Shown piece by piece: positions 17,922-26,812 of a stretch of DNA of 64,000 bases (the first letter of the stretch is position 1; the number at the start of each line of letters is the position of its first letter). Source of the stretch: an uncultured Candidatus Actinomarina sp. (GTDB lineage: Bacteria > Actinomycetota > Acidimicrobiia > Actinomarinales > Actinomarinaceae); the NCBI GenBank assembly GCA_902510055.1, contig CABWZY010000002.1, positions 4,183 to 68,182 of the forward strand, read 5' to 3'. A program made the position numbers and the translations under genes. Below the pieces are notes generated by a model, which saw only the letters and a program-made list of their open reading frames with translations, did not search any database and was not told the origin of the DNA.

Positions 17922-19562
17922 TTACATTTCATTTACTGGTTTTATTCCAAGGCAGAACATAGCACTATGACAAGTAGTAAGAAAGAGATTTGCAATATAA
18001 AGTTTTGAATTTCTCAGTTCTTCATCTTTAATACTCAATATTTTTTCATCTTCGTAGAATAGATTGAATGAATTCGAGATTTCATATAGATAATTTGCTA
18101 AATGATGTGGTTCGCTTAATTCCAAACTTCTTTCCAAATAGTAACTAAATAGGAAAAGATCTGATAATAATTTACTTTCTGCTGAGCTCAGCTTTTTTTG
18201 TAGTCTATGTTTTTCATTACTTTCATTTTGTTTTAATAGTTTTTTAGCTCTCACTTGAGAATACTGTACGTATATACCAGTTTTTCCAGATATATTTGTA
18301 AATTTTTTTAGGTTAAATTTATAGTTAGTCTTTCTGTTTGTCAGTAAGTCGCTATAAGTTAAAACTGTATTTGTTAATAACTCTATGGACTCTTCGTCAA
18401 GATTATCATTTATTTTGTATATGTAATCGTAAGTTTCTTTAAATAACTCTAGTAGAGGCTTTGTCCCACCCTCTCGTGTCTTAAAAGGATTTCCGTTTTC
18501 ATCATTTAAGGTACCAAAAGAAACATGCTTGTAGTCTAAATTTTTAAAACCAAAAAATCTTAAAGAGTTGAACAGTTGCTTGAAGTGAAGTGATTGACGA
18601 TTGTCTACAACATAATATGCTTTATCATAGGGGATATTTTTCTCTCTATAAAGAACTGTTGCCAAGTCAGTAGTGATATAAAGATAGGAGCCATCAGATT
18701 TTGTAATTAATATTTTTGGTTCGGTATCTTCATTACTAATTAAAGCATTTTCATCGTATTTAATTTTGCCTTTTTTTAACAGGCTCTCTAACATATCTGG
18801 GATAAGATGATTAACATCACTTTCTCCATACCAATAATCAAAAGTATGATTTAAAATATTAAGATTTTCCTTAAGAGATGTAAGAGATAAGGTTTTTATA
18901 GATTCCCATTTTTCTAGAGTTTCTTTATCTCCTGTATTTAAATTTTTATTTATCTCTTTTGCTTTTTCTTGAAATTTTTTATCTTCTGAATAAAGCTTTG
19001 AAGAAATTGGATATATTAATTCTAGATCTTCGACTTTTAATGATTTAAGATCTATATCTTCTTTCTCAACATACCCTATTATTTGAGCGATTGGCATGCC
19101 CCAATCACCCATATGAATGTCACTTTTCACTTTGTTTCCAATAAATTCATGCATGTTGTATAAACTTCTCCCAATATTTAAGGATCTTAAATGGCCTACG
19201 TGAAGCGGTTTGCCTATATTTGGTCCTCCGTAGTCAAAAATAATATTTTTTTGAGATTTTAATTTTAAAGTATTATTTAAATTTGTTATAACTTTAGATA
19301 GTTCGAAATAGTCGAATTTTATATTAATAAAAAATTTGTCACTAAATTCAACTGTTGATAAATATTTAATACTATCTAGCTTCTCTTTAACTTTATTTTT
19401 AATTTCCTTTATAGAGTCATGATTTTGATACTTAACTATATTATTTATTTGAATATCAAAATTATCTAATTTAGTAACAGAAATTTGAATATTTTCTTCA
19501 ATATCAAAATCTTGTAATAATATTCTCAGCTCTTCTTTGATATTATTTAGAATTGTATTCAT
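17922..19562 (-). CDS. argS: Arginine--tRNA ligase
   Basis: 546 aa. The class-I HIGH-type motif PNIGKPLHVGHLRS and the ArgS-like anticodon-binding C-terminus are present. Confidence 0.9.
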   Translation of the reverse strand: MNTILNNIKEELRILLQDFDIEENIQISVTKLDNFDIQINNIVKYQNHDSIKEIKNKVKEKLDSIKYLSTVEFSDKFFINIKFDYFELSKVITNLNNTLKLKSQKNIIFDYGGPNIGKPLHVGHLRSLNIGRSLYNMHEFIGNKVKSDIHMGDWGMPIAQIIGYVEKEDIDLKSLKVEDLELIYPISSKLYSEDKKFQEKAKEINKNLNTGDKETLEKWESIKTLSLTSLKENLNILNHTFDYWYGESDVNHLIPDMLESLLKKGKIKYDENALISNEDTEPKILITKSDGSYLYITTDLATVLYREKNIPYDKAYYVVDNRQSLHFKQLFNSLRFFGFKNLDYKHVSFGTLNDENGNPFKTREGGTKPLLELFKETYDYIYKINDNLDEESIELLTNTVLTYSDLLTNRKTNYKFNLKKFTNISGKTGIYVQYSQVRAKKLLKQNESNEKHRLQKKLSSAESKLLSDLFLFSYYLERSLELSEPHHLANYLYEISNSFNLFYEDEKILSIKDEELRNSKLYIANLFLTTCHSAMFCLGIKPVNEM

Positions 19563-19605
19563 CTAAACAAATAATATCAGCTTTGAAAAGGAATCAGTTT
19601 AACTT

Positions 19606-20355
19606 CTATCTTTTAAATTTAATTTTGAAATATTGCTTTGTGAAGTAAAGGATAAATAAAAAATTATCTACGAAGTATCTTTTGTAAAGCCTTCTTGGTT
19701 CTTGTATCAATCTAAGAACCCACTCTAATCCCATATTTGCAATAAACTCCGGTGCTTTAACTTTTGTTCCGGCAACCCATTCAAATGTAAAACCAACACC
19801 AACGAGATTAGATTTGAGATTATATTTAGACCTTATTAGGCTCATGAGCTTTTCTTGCTTGGGGAATCCAAATGAAAGCCATATTATATCTGGCCTTAGC
19901 TCAATAATTTCATCCATGTATTTGTTGTTGCTTAATTCATTCACATCAAGCATTGGTGGAGAAGAATACCCTGAAATATTTATAGTCGGATATTCATTTT
20001 TTAAATTACTTATCATTTTATCTAAAACTTCTTTTGTGTTTCCAAAAAAATAATGAGAGGTATTTGAATCCAACCCTTCTCCAATTGTATTAGTAAATAC
20101 TTTATAGCCATCAACACGCTTTTGTTTACTCTTATATAGAATATTTGATGATTTAACTACTGGAAAACCATCTGGTGTTGCGATGTCAAAATTGTTAATT
20201 ATTTCTTGAAGGTGAACATCTTTGTAAGACCTTACTAATGTATTTGCATTACATATAGCAACGTCTTTATTTTTTTCACTTAATAAGATATTAATTAATT
20301 CATTAAGGGTTATTTGGTTAATGTAAGTCTTCAGAATTTTTACTTTATTTTCCAC
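19606..20355 (-). CDS. tagA: WecG/TagA/CpsF-family glycosyltransferase (GT26)
   Basis: TPDGFPVV, LVGVGFTFEWVAGTKVKAPEFIANMGLEWVLRLIQEPRRLYKRY match B. subtilis TagA blocks. The track start (TTG at 20403) lies inside the tRNA-Arg gene, so I use the GTG at 20355. Confidence 0.7.
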   Translation of the reverse strand: MENKVKILKTYINQITLNELINILLSEKNKDVAICNANTLVRSYKDVHLQEIINNFDIATPDGFPVVKSSNILYKSKQKRVDGYKVFTNTIGEGLDSNTSHYFFGNTKEVLDKMISNLKNEYPTINISGYSSPPMLDVNELSNNKYMDEIIELRPDIIWLSFGFPKQEKLMSLIRSKYNLKSNLVGVGFTFEWVAGTKVKAPEFIANMGLEWVLRLIQEPRRLYKRYFVDNFLFILYFTKQYFKIKFKR

Positions 20356-20388
20356 GTTAAAGTTAATTATAAGTATAAATAATTTTTT

Positions 20389-20462
20389 GCGCCTGTAGCT
20401 CAACCGGATAGAGCATCTGACTTCGGATCAGAGGGTTGGGGGTTCGAATCCCTCCAGGCGTG
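20389..20462 (+). tRNA. tRNA-Arg (anticodon UCG)
   Basis: Manual cloverleaf: acceptor GCGCCTG/CAGGCGT, D-stem GCTC/GAGC, anticodon stem TCTGA/TCAGA with loop CTTCGGA, T-arm GGGGG-TTCGAAT-CCCTC, discriminator G. No encoded CCA. Confidence 0.9.
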
Positions 20463-21581
20463 CTAATTATTTTCAACAAATTTAATAATCTCCTTTACCC
20501 TATCGTCTATAGAGATTCCTTTAAAATTTATTAAATTATTTTTTGAACTAGTTTTGATAATACAATTAACAAATTCTCTATAGTCACCCTTTTTAAAAAA
20601 TGAGATTTTTTCGGAGTAAGGAAGAATTCTATGAGCAGGAAAGTCTACGGCGACTATGTTTAGTTTTGCAAATAGATATTCAAAATACTTAAGAGGAGAA
20701 GTAAACTCTTTAGAGTGATTAGTTTCATTAGTATTAATCAATATGCCTACAGAAGATTCCATAATTTTTTTTGCAGTTTCTTCTCTATTAAGTCTTCCTG
20801 TTACAGTGATATTCTCAAATTTGTTCTTTTTTACAATATTCTGAAGCCTTGATGCTTCTTTTTTAGGACCACCAATAATTTGAAGGTTATATTTTTTTAA
20901 TTCATCATAAGAAGAAAAAGCTTCAATAAGAAAATCAAGGTCTCTTTTCTTCCCAAACCTTAGAAGGTTTCCAACATAGACAACTTGATTTTCTTTTTGT
21001 TTAATATTATTAAATTTACTAAAAAGAACTGAGTCTACAGCACTATGCATAACCCTGTTATTTAAATTAAGATTTTGATAATATTTTTCAAGATTGTTAT
21101 TTAGAAATATTATTTTTACTTTGTTATTATTACTAATCCTTTTTAATACCCAATCTCTAATTTTTGAAATTTGGTGACACTCAAAAATTACATTTTTATT
21201 CTGCTTTGCTAGGAAATATAATACCCAGTCAGATCTAGTGAAAAATATTTCATCATTTGCACTTAATTTAATTATATTTTTTACATTTTTTTTAGACCAT
21301 ATAAAATGGCTTATATGAAACCAAATAGGCTCTAGAAATCTAATTTTTCCAAATGGAAGGTTATGTTTAAGTCCAAAAGTTTTAAATTCTTCATTAAATG
21401 AATAAAACTTTTTTAATACATTTATATTATCACTGCTATTTTTCTCTCTTAAAGGAAAATACAGTTTTACATCCAATCCATTTTTAACAAAGTATTTAAT
21501 ACTTGAGATTGTTTGCAGACTATTAGCCGTTTCAGCAGGAAAGGTCTGATATGTAACATATGTAAGTGATTTTGTTTTCAT
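20463..21581 (-). CDS. Glycosyltransferase, GT-B fold (GT4-like)
   Basis: 372 aa. The C-terminal half VVYVGNLLRFGKKRDLDFLIEAF...LQIIGGP...VTGRL resembles GT4 retaining transferases. The stop codon abuts the tRNA-Arg 3' end. Confidence 0.65.
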   Translation of the reverse strand: MKTKSLTYVTYQTFPAETANSLQTISSIKYFVKNGLDVKLYFPLREKNSSDNINVLKKFYSFNEEFKTFGLKHNLPFGKIRFLEPIWFHISHFIWSKKNVKNIIKLSANDEIFFTRSDWVLYFLAKQNKNVIFECHQISKIRDWVLKRISNNNKVKIIFLNNNLEKYYQNLNLNNRVMHSAVDSVLFSKFNNIKQKENQVVYVGNLLRFGKKRDLDFLIEAFSSYDELKKYNLQIIGGPKKEASRLQNIVKKNKFENITVTGRLNREETAKKIMESSVGILINTNETNHSKEFTSPLKYFEYLFAKLNIVAVDFPAHRILPYSEKISFFKKGDYREFVNCIIKTSSKNNLINFKGISIDDRVKEIIKFVENN

Positions 21582-21687
21582 AACTTAAGCGTCAACTTAA
21601 GTATATTTGTTAACAGAATGTAAAGAAAAAGTTTTCTAAGATACTCATTTAATTATTGTTACAGTCATAAATTGATAAAATCAATAT

Positions 21688-22530
21688 ATGACAGGTGATC
21701 CAGGTTATTTTGGTCCTAAATCAATGATGTGGACAATTAATAAAGAAATTACTGTATTATTTGGTGGAGCAAGGGCTTTATTAATGCATGCAGCCCACCC
21801 CTTAATTGCTGCAGGGGCTAGGCAAACTTCATTCTATCAAAGAGACCCGTGGAAGAGATTGATAAGGACACTATCATTACAAAATTCAGTAACTTTTGGC
21901 ACGAAAAAGGAAGCAGATGAGAGTGCTCTTAGGATTAACAAACTTCATGAGGTCATTAAAGGTAAGGATAAAATCACAGGACAAACTTACGATGCACTAG
22001 ACCACGATCAACTTTTATGGGTCCATGCATGTTTACAGATTTCATCCATTTATTTTTATGAAAAAACTGTTAAACACTTAACAGAGAAAGAAAAAGATCA
22101 ATATCACAGAGAAAATATGCTTGCGGCTGAAATGGTATTAGTTAATAAAGAACTTGCACCTAAGACTCACAATGATTTGAAAGAATGGGTTACAGCAAAA
22201 TCTAGAGAAAGAGACTATTTGGTATTAACTGATGTTGCTAAAGATGTATATGAAATTATTAGAACAGGCCCTGTGCCAATACATATTAAACCTATATGGC
22301 CCTTTATAGCCTTTACTGCTTTTAATACCCTACCTAAAGAATTTAAAAAAATATATGGGATAAAAGAAACAAAGATTAAAAATATTTTATTAATTTTTAA
22401 TTTAAGTTTATTGAAGATAACTAGACCATTTCTCCCACCTTTTTTTAGATTGATTGCTCCTGCAAGATGGGCTAAACAAAGACTTACAAAGAATCCAAAT
22501 TTAAAATTTAAAGATAAATCAAAAATTTAA
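21688..22530 (+). CDS. MpaB/DUF2236-family oxygenase-like protein
   Basis: 280 aa. The N-terminal block GYFGPKSMMWTINKEITVLFGGARALLMHAAHPLIAAG is typical of DUF2236. Confidence 0.65.
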   Translation: MTGDPGYFGPKSMMWTINKEITVLFGGARALLMHAAHPLIAAGARQTSFYQRDPWKRLIRTLSLQNSVTFGTKKEADESALRINKLHEVIKGKDKITGQTYDALDHDQLLWVHACLQISSIYFYEKTVKHLTEKEKDQYHRENMLAAEMVLVNKELAPKTHNDLKEWVTAKSRERDYLVLTDVAKDVYEIIRTGPVPIHIKPIWPFIAFTAFNTLPKEFKKIYGIKETKIKNILLIFNLSLLKITRPFLPPFFRLIAPARWAKQRLTKNPNLKFKDKSKI

Positions 22531-22552
22531 CTTATTTATAATTTGGAATAAG

Positions 22553-22870
22553 ATGGAAAATAAAAATAACAATTGGTCGGACATATCAGAAGAAATTGCA
22601 GAAGTAGCTAAAAAAATTAAGGAAAAAACTGGGGATGAAGATTTAGTCGAAGATTTAAAAGAATCAGTAAAAGACACAATTCAAAATACTTCAGATATAT
22701 TTAAAAATATTATTGAGACAATTGATTCAACAATTAAAGATGAAGAAATAAAAAATGAAACATTGGAAATAGTGAAAAAGATAAACAATGAAATAAAGAA
22801 AACAGTTTCTGATTCAAGTAAAAGTATTTTTAATTCAGAAGATACAGATTTTTTGCAGGAAGAAGAATAA
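22553..22870 (+). CDS. Hypothetical acidic Lys/Glu-rich protein
   Basis: 105-aa ORF with helical low-complexity composition. No family recognised. Confidence 0.4.
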   Translation: MENKNNNWSDISEEIAEVAKKIKEKTGDEDLVEDLKESVKDTIQNTSDIFKNIIETIDSTIKDEEIKNETLEIVKKINNEIKKTVSDSSKSIFNSEDTDFLQEEE

Positions 22871-22922
22871 TAAATATTTATTCATCAATTTCCATACAAT
22901 ATAGTATTCTTTAAAGTTGGCA

Positions 22923-22995
22923 GGGTCGGTAGCTCAATTGGTAGAGCAGGAGCCTTTTAAGCTCAAGGTCGTGGGTTCGATTCCCACCCGACCCA
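22923..22995 (+). tRNA. tRNA-Lys (anticodon UUU)
   Basis: Acceptor GGGTCGG/CCGACCC, D-arm GCTC-AATTGGTA-GAGC, anticodon loop CTTTTAA, T-arm GTGGG-TTCGATT-CCCAC, discriminator A. Confidence 0.9.
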
Positions 22996-24432
22996 CTATA
23001 CTCCTCGAGTATCTTTTTTAAATAACGAAGGCAATGTTTTAAAAAGTATTTTGATGTCCAAATACAAAGACCAATTATCGATATATTCTAAGTCATATTT
23101 GAACCAAGTTTCAAAATTATCAGCATTACGATCTTTAATTTGCAACAATCCAGTCATGCCCGGAGTTACGTTTAATCTTCTCATGTAATTTTCATTAAAA
23201 AGTTGAGTATCTGTATCAAATAAAGGTCTTGGTCCGACAAGAGACATACTTCCAGTCAACACATTAAGCAATTGTGGAAGTTCATCAATACTGTATTTTC
23301 TTAAAAATTTAGAACCTTTTAATAATCTTGGATCATCTTCAATTTTAAATAATGGTCCCGATTTTTTATTTAATTTATCAAGATCTTTCCTCATTTCATG
23401 AGCATTGTTTTTCATTGTTCTGAATTTAAACATTTTGAACTGTTTTCCATGAAGACCGACTCTATTTTGTTTAATCAAAAAAGGACGACCATCAATTGAA
23501 AGTGTATATATTGATATAGATAGCAATATAGGAAATAGAATAATTAGGAATAAGGCAGAAAGAAAAATATCCAAAAGACGTTTTATTATGTATTTTGCTC
23601 CGTATTGAATATCGTTATTAAAATAGTAGAAATATTTTTCATTAACAATCTCGTTCCTGTATATAAAATAATTATTAAAATTTAAAGGCTTATTTGAGAT
23701 AAGCAGTACTTTTTTATTTAAATTAATTAAATACATCTCAAGATCTAATGAGAGGTTAGATAAATTTTCTAGATTTAGTATGATTAGATTAATTTCTTCG
23801 ACTTTATTAACAGAGTCAATTTTCTTAATGATTTTTTTTGAATTATTTTTGAGGTCAATTTTTATTGATTCCAACTCTGTCCTAAAGTTTAAAATTCTTA
23901 GGTTCCTGAATATTGAGCTCTCATCTAAATTAAAAGATATATATTTTTCATTTAATGGTGATCTCCCAAGTATTGAGAGGAGAACTTCAGTGTTTCGAAA
24001 AATTAGCAAAATTAAAGGTACTACTACTGAATAAACAATCAAACCAACTCTTGATAAATTTTCAAATCTAAATACAAAGAAAATAGAAAACATGTATGAA
24101 GTCCATAAGAAATAAATATTTATGAATTCACCAAAAAAGTTTTTACTAAGTGTGAAACTTAGTTCATTCACATATGTATAAAATTTAGTTGAAAATAGTA
24201 AAATAACAAAAATTCCTATACTAATAACTAAAAAAGCATCTACAGTTATCAGATTTAATGGAATAAATGAAAAAAATCTTGACCAATCTTCAAGTAAATT
24301 TTGATAAATTATCTCCTTAAGAGAAGGGAGGGTTACTAAATAATTATCAAAGTACCATATTGAAAATCCAACAACGGTAAATTGAATAAAAAGAAATCGA
24401 AATATGTATTTTATAAATTTATTTAAACTCAC
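22996..24432 (-). CDS. Polyprenyl-phosphate sugar phosphotransferase (WbaP/bacterial sugar transferase family)
   Basis: 478 aa. N-terminal transmembrane bundle plus the C-terminal Bac_transf domain: KRLLDIFLSALFLIILFP...FKMFKFRTM...PLFKIEDDPRL...SIDELPQLLNVLTGSMSLVGPRP. Confidence 0.85.
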   Translation of the reverse strand: MSLNKFIKYIFRFLFIQFTVVGFSIWYFDNYLVTLPSLKEIIYQNLLEDWSRFFSFIPLNLITVDAFLVISIGIFVILLFSTKFYTYVNELSFTLSKNFFGEFINIYFLWTSYMFSIFFVFRFENLSRVGLIVYSVVVPLILLIFRNTEVLLSILGRSPLNEKYISFNLDESSIFRNLRILNFRTELESIKIDLKNNSKKIIKKIDSVNKVEEINLIILNLENLSNLSLDLEMYLINLNKKVLLISNKPLNFNNYFIYRNEIVNEKYFYYFNNDIQYGAKYIIKRLLDIFLSALFLIILFPILLSISIYTLSIDGRPFLIKQNRVGLHGKQFKMFKFRTMKNNAHEMRKDLDKLNKKSGPLFKIEDDPRLLKGSKFLRKYSIDELPQLLNVLTGSMSLVGPRPLFDTDTQLFNENYMRRLNVTPGMTGLLQIKDRNADNFETWFKYDLEYIDNWSLYLDIKILFKTLPSLFKKDTRGV

Positions 24433-24539
24433 TGCAATTATCTATTCTGTCTAATCTTATTTTAAGACTAAATTAGTTATTAAAAATATTTTTTATTAAT
24501 AAAAAGAATATAATTTTGTTATAAATAGTAAGAGTTAAT

Positions 24540-24848
24540 ATGAGTAAAATAGAAGATCTTTGTGGAGAATATCCTCAAAGTTTTATAAAACAAGATATTT
24601 CAAGTGATCCTAATTATGTTTTTGTAAATGACCCTTCTTTTTCCTTAAGGCAGCTTTTTGATTCTGAAGGGAACACTGTATTTGTCAATTCTTTTATTGA
24701 GTGTGAACACTATGTAGCTGGCGGCTGGGGTTACTCCCCAATCCAAAATACAGAAATATTGCTTCACCAGATTTTATTTATAGGGATAGCTGGCTTAGTT
24801 ATATCTCAATATTTAGTTAGAAAATACAAACTGATAAATTTAAAATGA
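24540..24848 (+). CDS. Hypothetical protein with C-terminal membrane anchor
   Basis: 102-aa ORF with ATGA overlap onto the next gene and a C-terminal helix ILFIGIAGLVISQYLV. Confidence 0.35.
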   Translation: MSKIEDLCGEYPQSFIKQDISSDPNYVFVNDPSFSLRQLFDSEGNTVFVNSFIECEHYVAGGWGYSPIQNTEILLHQILFIGIAGLVISQYLVRKYKLINLK

Positions 24849-26812
24849 ATTCTCTAGCTATTAAAAAAAATAAAATATTTTATATTGTTATATTGTTAAT
24901 AATCTTACTTCCTTGGTTTAATAATCTTTTTGATGCTAACTTAAAAGCAGCAGAAGTTAGTCAAGAGGATGTAACATTTTATGAAATTAATCCTTGTGAG
25001 GTTTCCTTAGTACAGTTTTTAATATCAAATAAAAAATCTATTTTTCAAGACCATTATTATTTTAGGTTTAGTAATTATCAATCAATACTATGTTTTGGGA
25101 AAGTTAGCGGAGTAACTCTTTTACAAAATGGTTTTTACATCTCTGTTGGAACTAATAACTTTGTAAATTTACTATTGCAAGGAGCAATGTGGGTATTTTT
25201 ATTAAGTTTTATAAAAAAAAATAAGGAATCAGATCTTGAAAAATCTATTAAGGACACTTCTTTTAAGATAAAACATTTTAGTAGCTTAATATTGACATCA
25301 TATCTTTTTACTTTTTCAATTTATGCAGAAAGAAGATATTATGAAAAAAATATTTATTATTTAAATTTTGATAGTTTCTTTTCTTATGCTCTTTTATTTT
25401 TAGTTATTTATTTTCTTTTTAATAATTTGGTTCGAATCTCTTTGAATAGATCCAGTAATTTAATTTACTACCTACCTTTTTTATATTTGATTTATTCTGT
25501 CTTTAGTGGATTTAATTTCACATTTTTTTCAGCAATATTTGTTTATTTTGGTATATATTCTATTTTTGAAAAAAAAATAAATTGGAAACTAAATAGAGTG
25601 CTTTTGGTTTTTTCATTATGGTGGATAGCTAACTCTACAAATAGCTATTATTTCAATCCTGGAAAACTAAGGGGATTTACAAGTACTGTTTATGAGTTTA
25701 ACGCGACTCTATTTTGGTGTTTATATTTTTTCTTATTAGTTAATGGATTATGGTATTTTGTAAAAAATAATATTCAAAATTTTGAATTTCAGAAGCTTAT
25801 AAATAACTTTCAATTAGTCTCCGTTGCTTTATTGATTTTAGGTTATTTAGGTGCGAATTTTCCTTTATTGAATTTTTTTAATTATTATTTTTTCGGCCAG
25901 CAGAAGTTTGGGATAAATATAGGGAATCCATTTATTTTTAACGAATGGTTGGAGAAAGTATCTTGGAGAGGTTTCTACTCTAGTGCGGAATCGATAGGTG
26001 AGTTTTATGGATTAGCAATTTTGCTAGCCATTTATTCTTTTTGTATTAAGAGAAACTTGAATATTTATGAAAAAGTAGGATTTCCTTTTGCTCTTTTAGG
26101 TCTTTACTTTTCTAATAACAGGGCTGTAATTGTATTAGTTATAGTTTTTTCAGCACACTTACTTATTTCTCAAAGTAAATATAAGAAAATATTGTTAGGA
26201 TCAATTTATTCACTTTCAGCTCTTTTCGTAATATATCTAGTAGGTTTTGAAAAGATTTCTTATTCTTATGATTTTTTAAGGTCTTCTCTTTACGCTCAGG
26301 CAAAGTTTTATCAGTATGATACTGTAGTTTCTAGCTTTCTTAACTGGATTGATAAAGGATTCCAAGAAGGAGGCTCTCTTAGTTTTCTTTTTGGCATATT
26401 TAGTGTTATGGCTTATTTTTTAAATAGATCAGAAATTTGGGGAATTTTTGCAGCTCGCTACAATCCAACTTTTTCGGAACTCATAATGGGTACAGGACCT
26501 TTTAATTTTGGTCAGTTATACGGTGAGAATATTGTTAATGAAACACGGAGTGTTCTATTGCCCCATTCCTCATTTTTATCTTTCTTAGTTTTCTTTGGAT
26601 TCCTAGGTATTTTGCTAATTCTGATTTTATTTTCATTTCTTTATTTTAAAAATAGAAAACGAATTAATACTCTTGGCAAAATGATAATACTTTTTATCTT
26701 TATAAATTTATTTAAAAATGATGTTTTGAATTATTTCTCTTCTTTTGTTCTATACAGTTTTTTCTTTATGGCGATATTAAATTTTAGAAATGAAAAATTA
26801 TTTAAGCTTTAA
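24845..26812 (+). CDS. O-antigen ligase/polymerase-like (Wzy_C) polytopic membrane protein with extra N-terminal module
   Basis: 655 aa, more than 10 transmembrane helices. Wzy_C-like blocks LGLYFSNNRAVIVLVIV, GTGPFNFGQ and LPHSSFLSFLVFFGFLG are present. Confidence 0.55.
   Translation: MNSLAIKKNKIFYIVILLIILLPWFNNLFDANLKAAEVSQEDVTFYEINPCEVSLVQFLISNKKSIFQDHYYFRFSNYQSILCFGKVSGVTLLQNGFYISVGTNNFVNLLLQGAMWVFLLSFIKKNKESDLEKSIKDTSFKIKHFSSLILTSYLFTFSIYAERRYYEKNIYYLNFDSFFSYALLFLVIYFLFNNLVRISLNRSSNLIYYLPFLYLIYSVFSGFNFTFFSAIFVYFGIYSIFEKKINWKLNRVLLVFSLWWIANSTNSYYFNPGKLRGFTSTVYEFNATLFWCLYFFLLVNGLWYFVKNNIQNFEFQKLINNFQLVSVALLILGYLGANFPLLNFFNYYFFGQQKFGINIGNPFIFNEWLEKVSWRGFYSSAESIGEFYGLAILLAIYSFCIKRNLNIYEKVGFPFALLGLYFSNNRAVIVLVIVFSAHLLISQSKYKKILLGSIYSLSALFVIYLVGFEKISYSYDFLRSSLYAQAKFYQYDTVVSSFLNWIDKGFQEGGSLSFLFGIFSVMAYFLNRSEIWGIFAARYNPTFSELIMGTGPFNFGQLYGENIVNETRSVLLPHSSFLSFLVFFGFLGILLILILFSFLYFKNRKRINTLGKMIILFIFINLFKNDVLNYFSSFVLYSFFFMAILNFRNEKLFKL

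Noticed and set aside
20356-20403. TTG start at 20403 for the TagA-like gene
   Set aside because: It lies inside the tRNA-Arg gene (20389-20462). An in-frame GTG at 20355 gives a TagA-sized product. The exact start remains uncertain.
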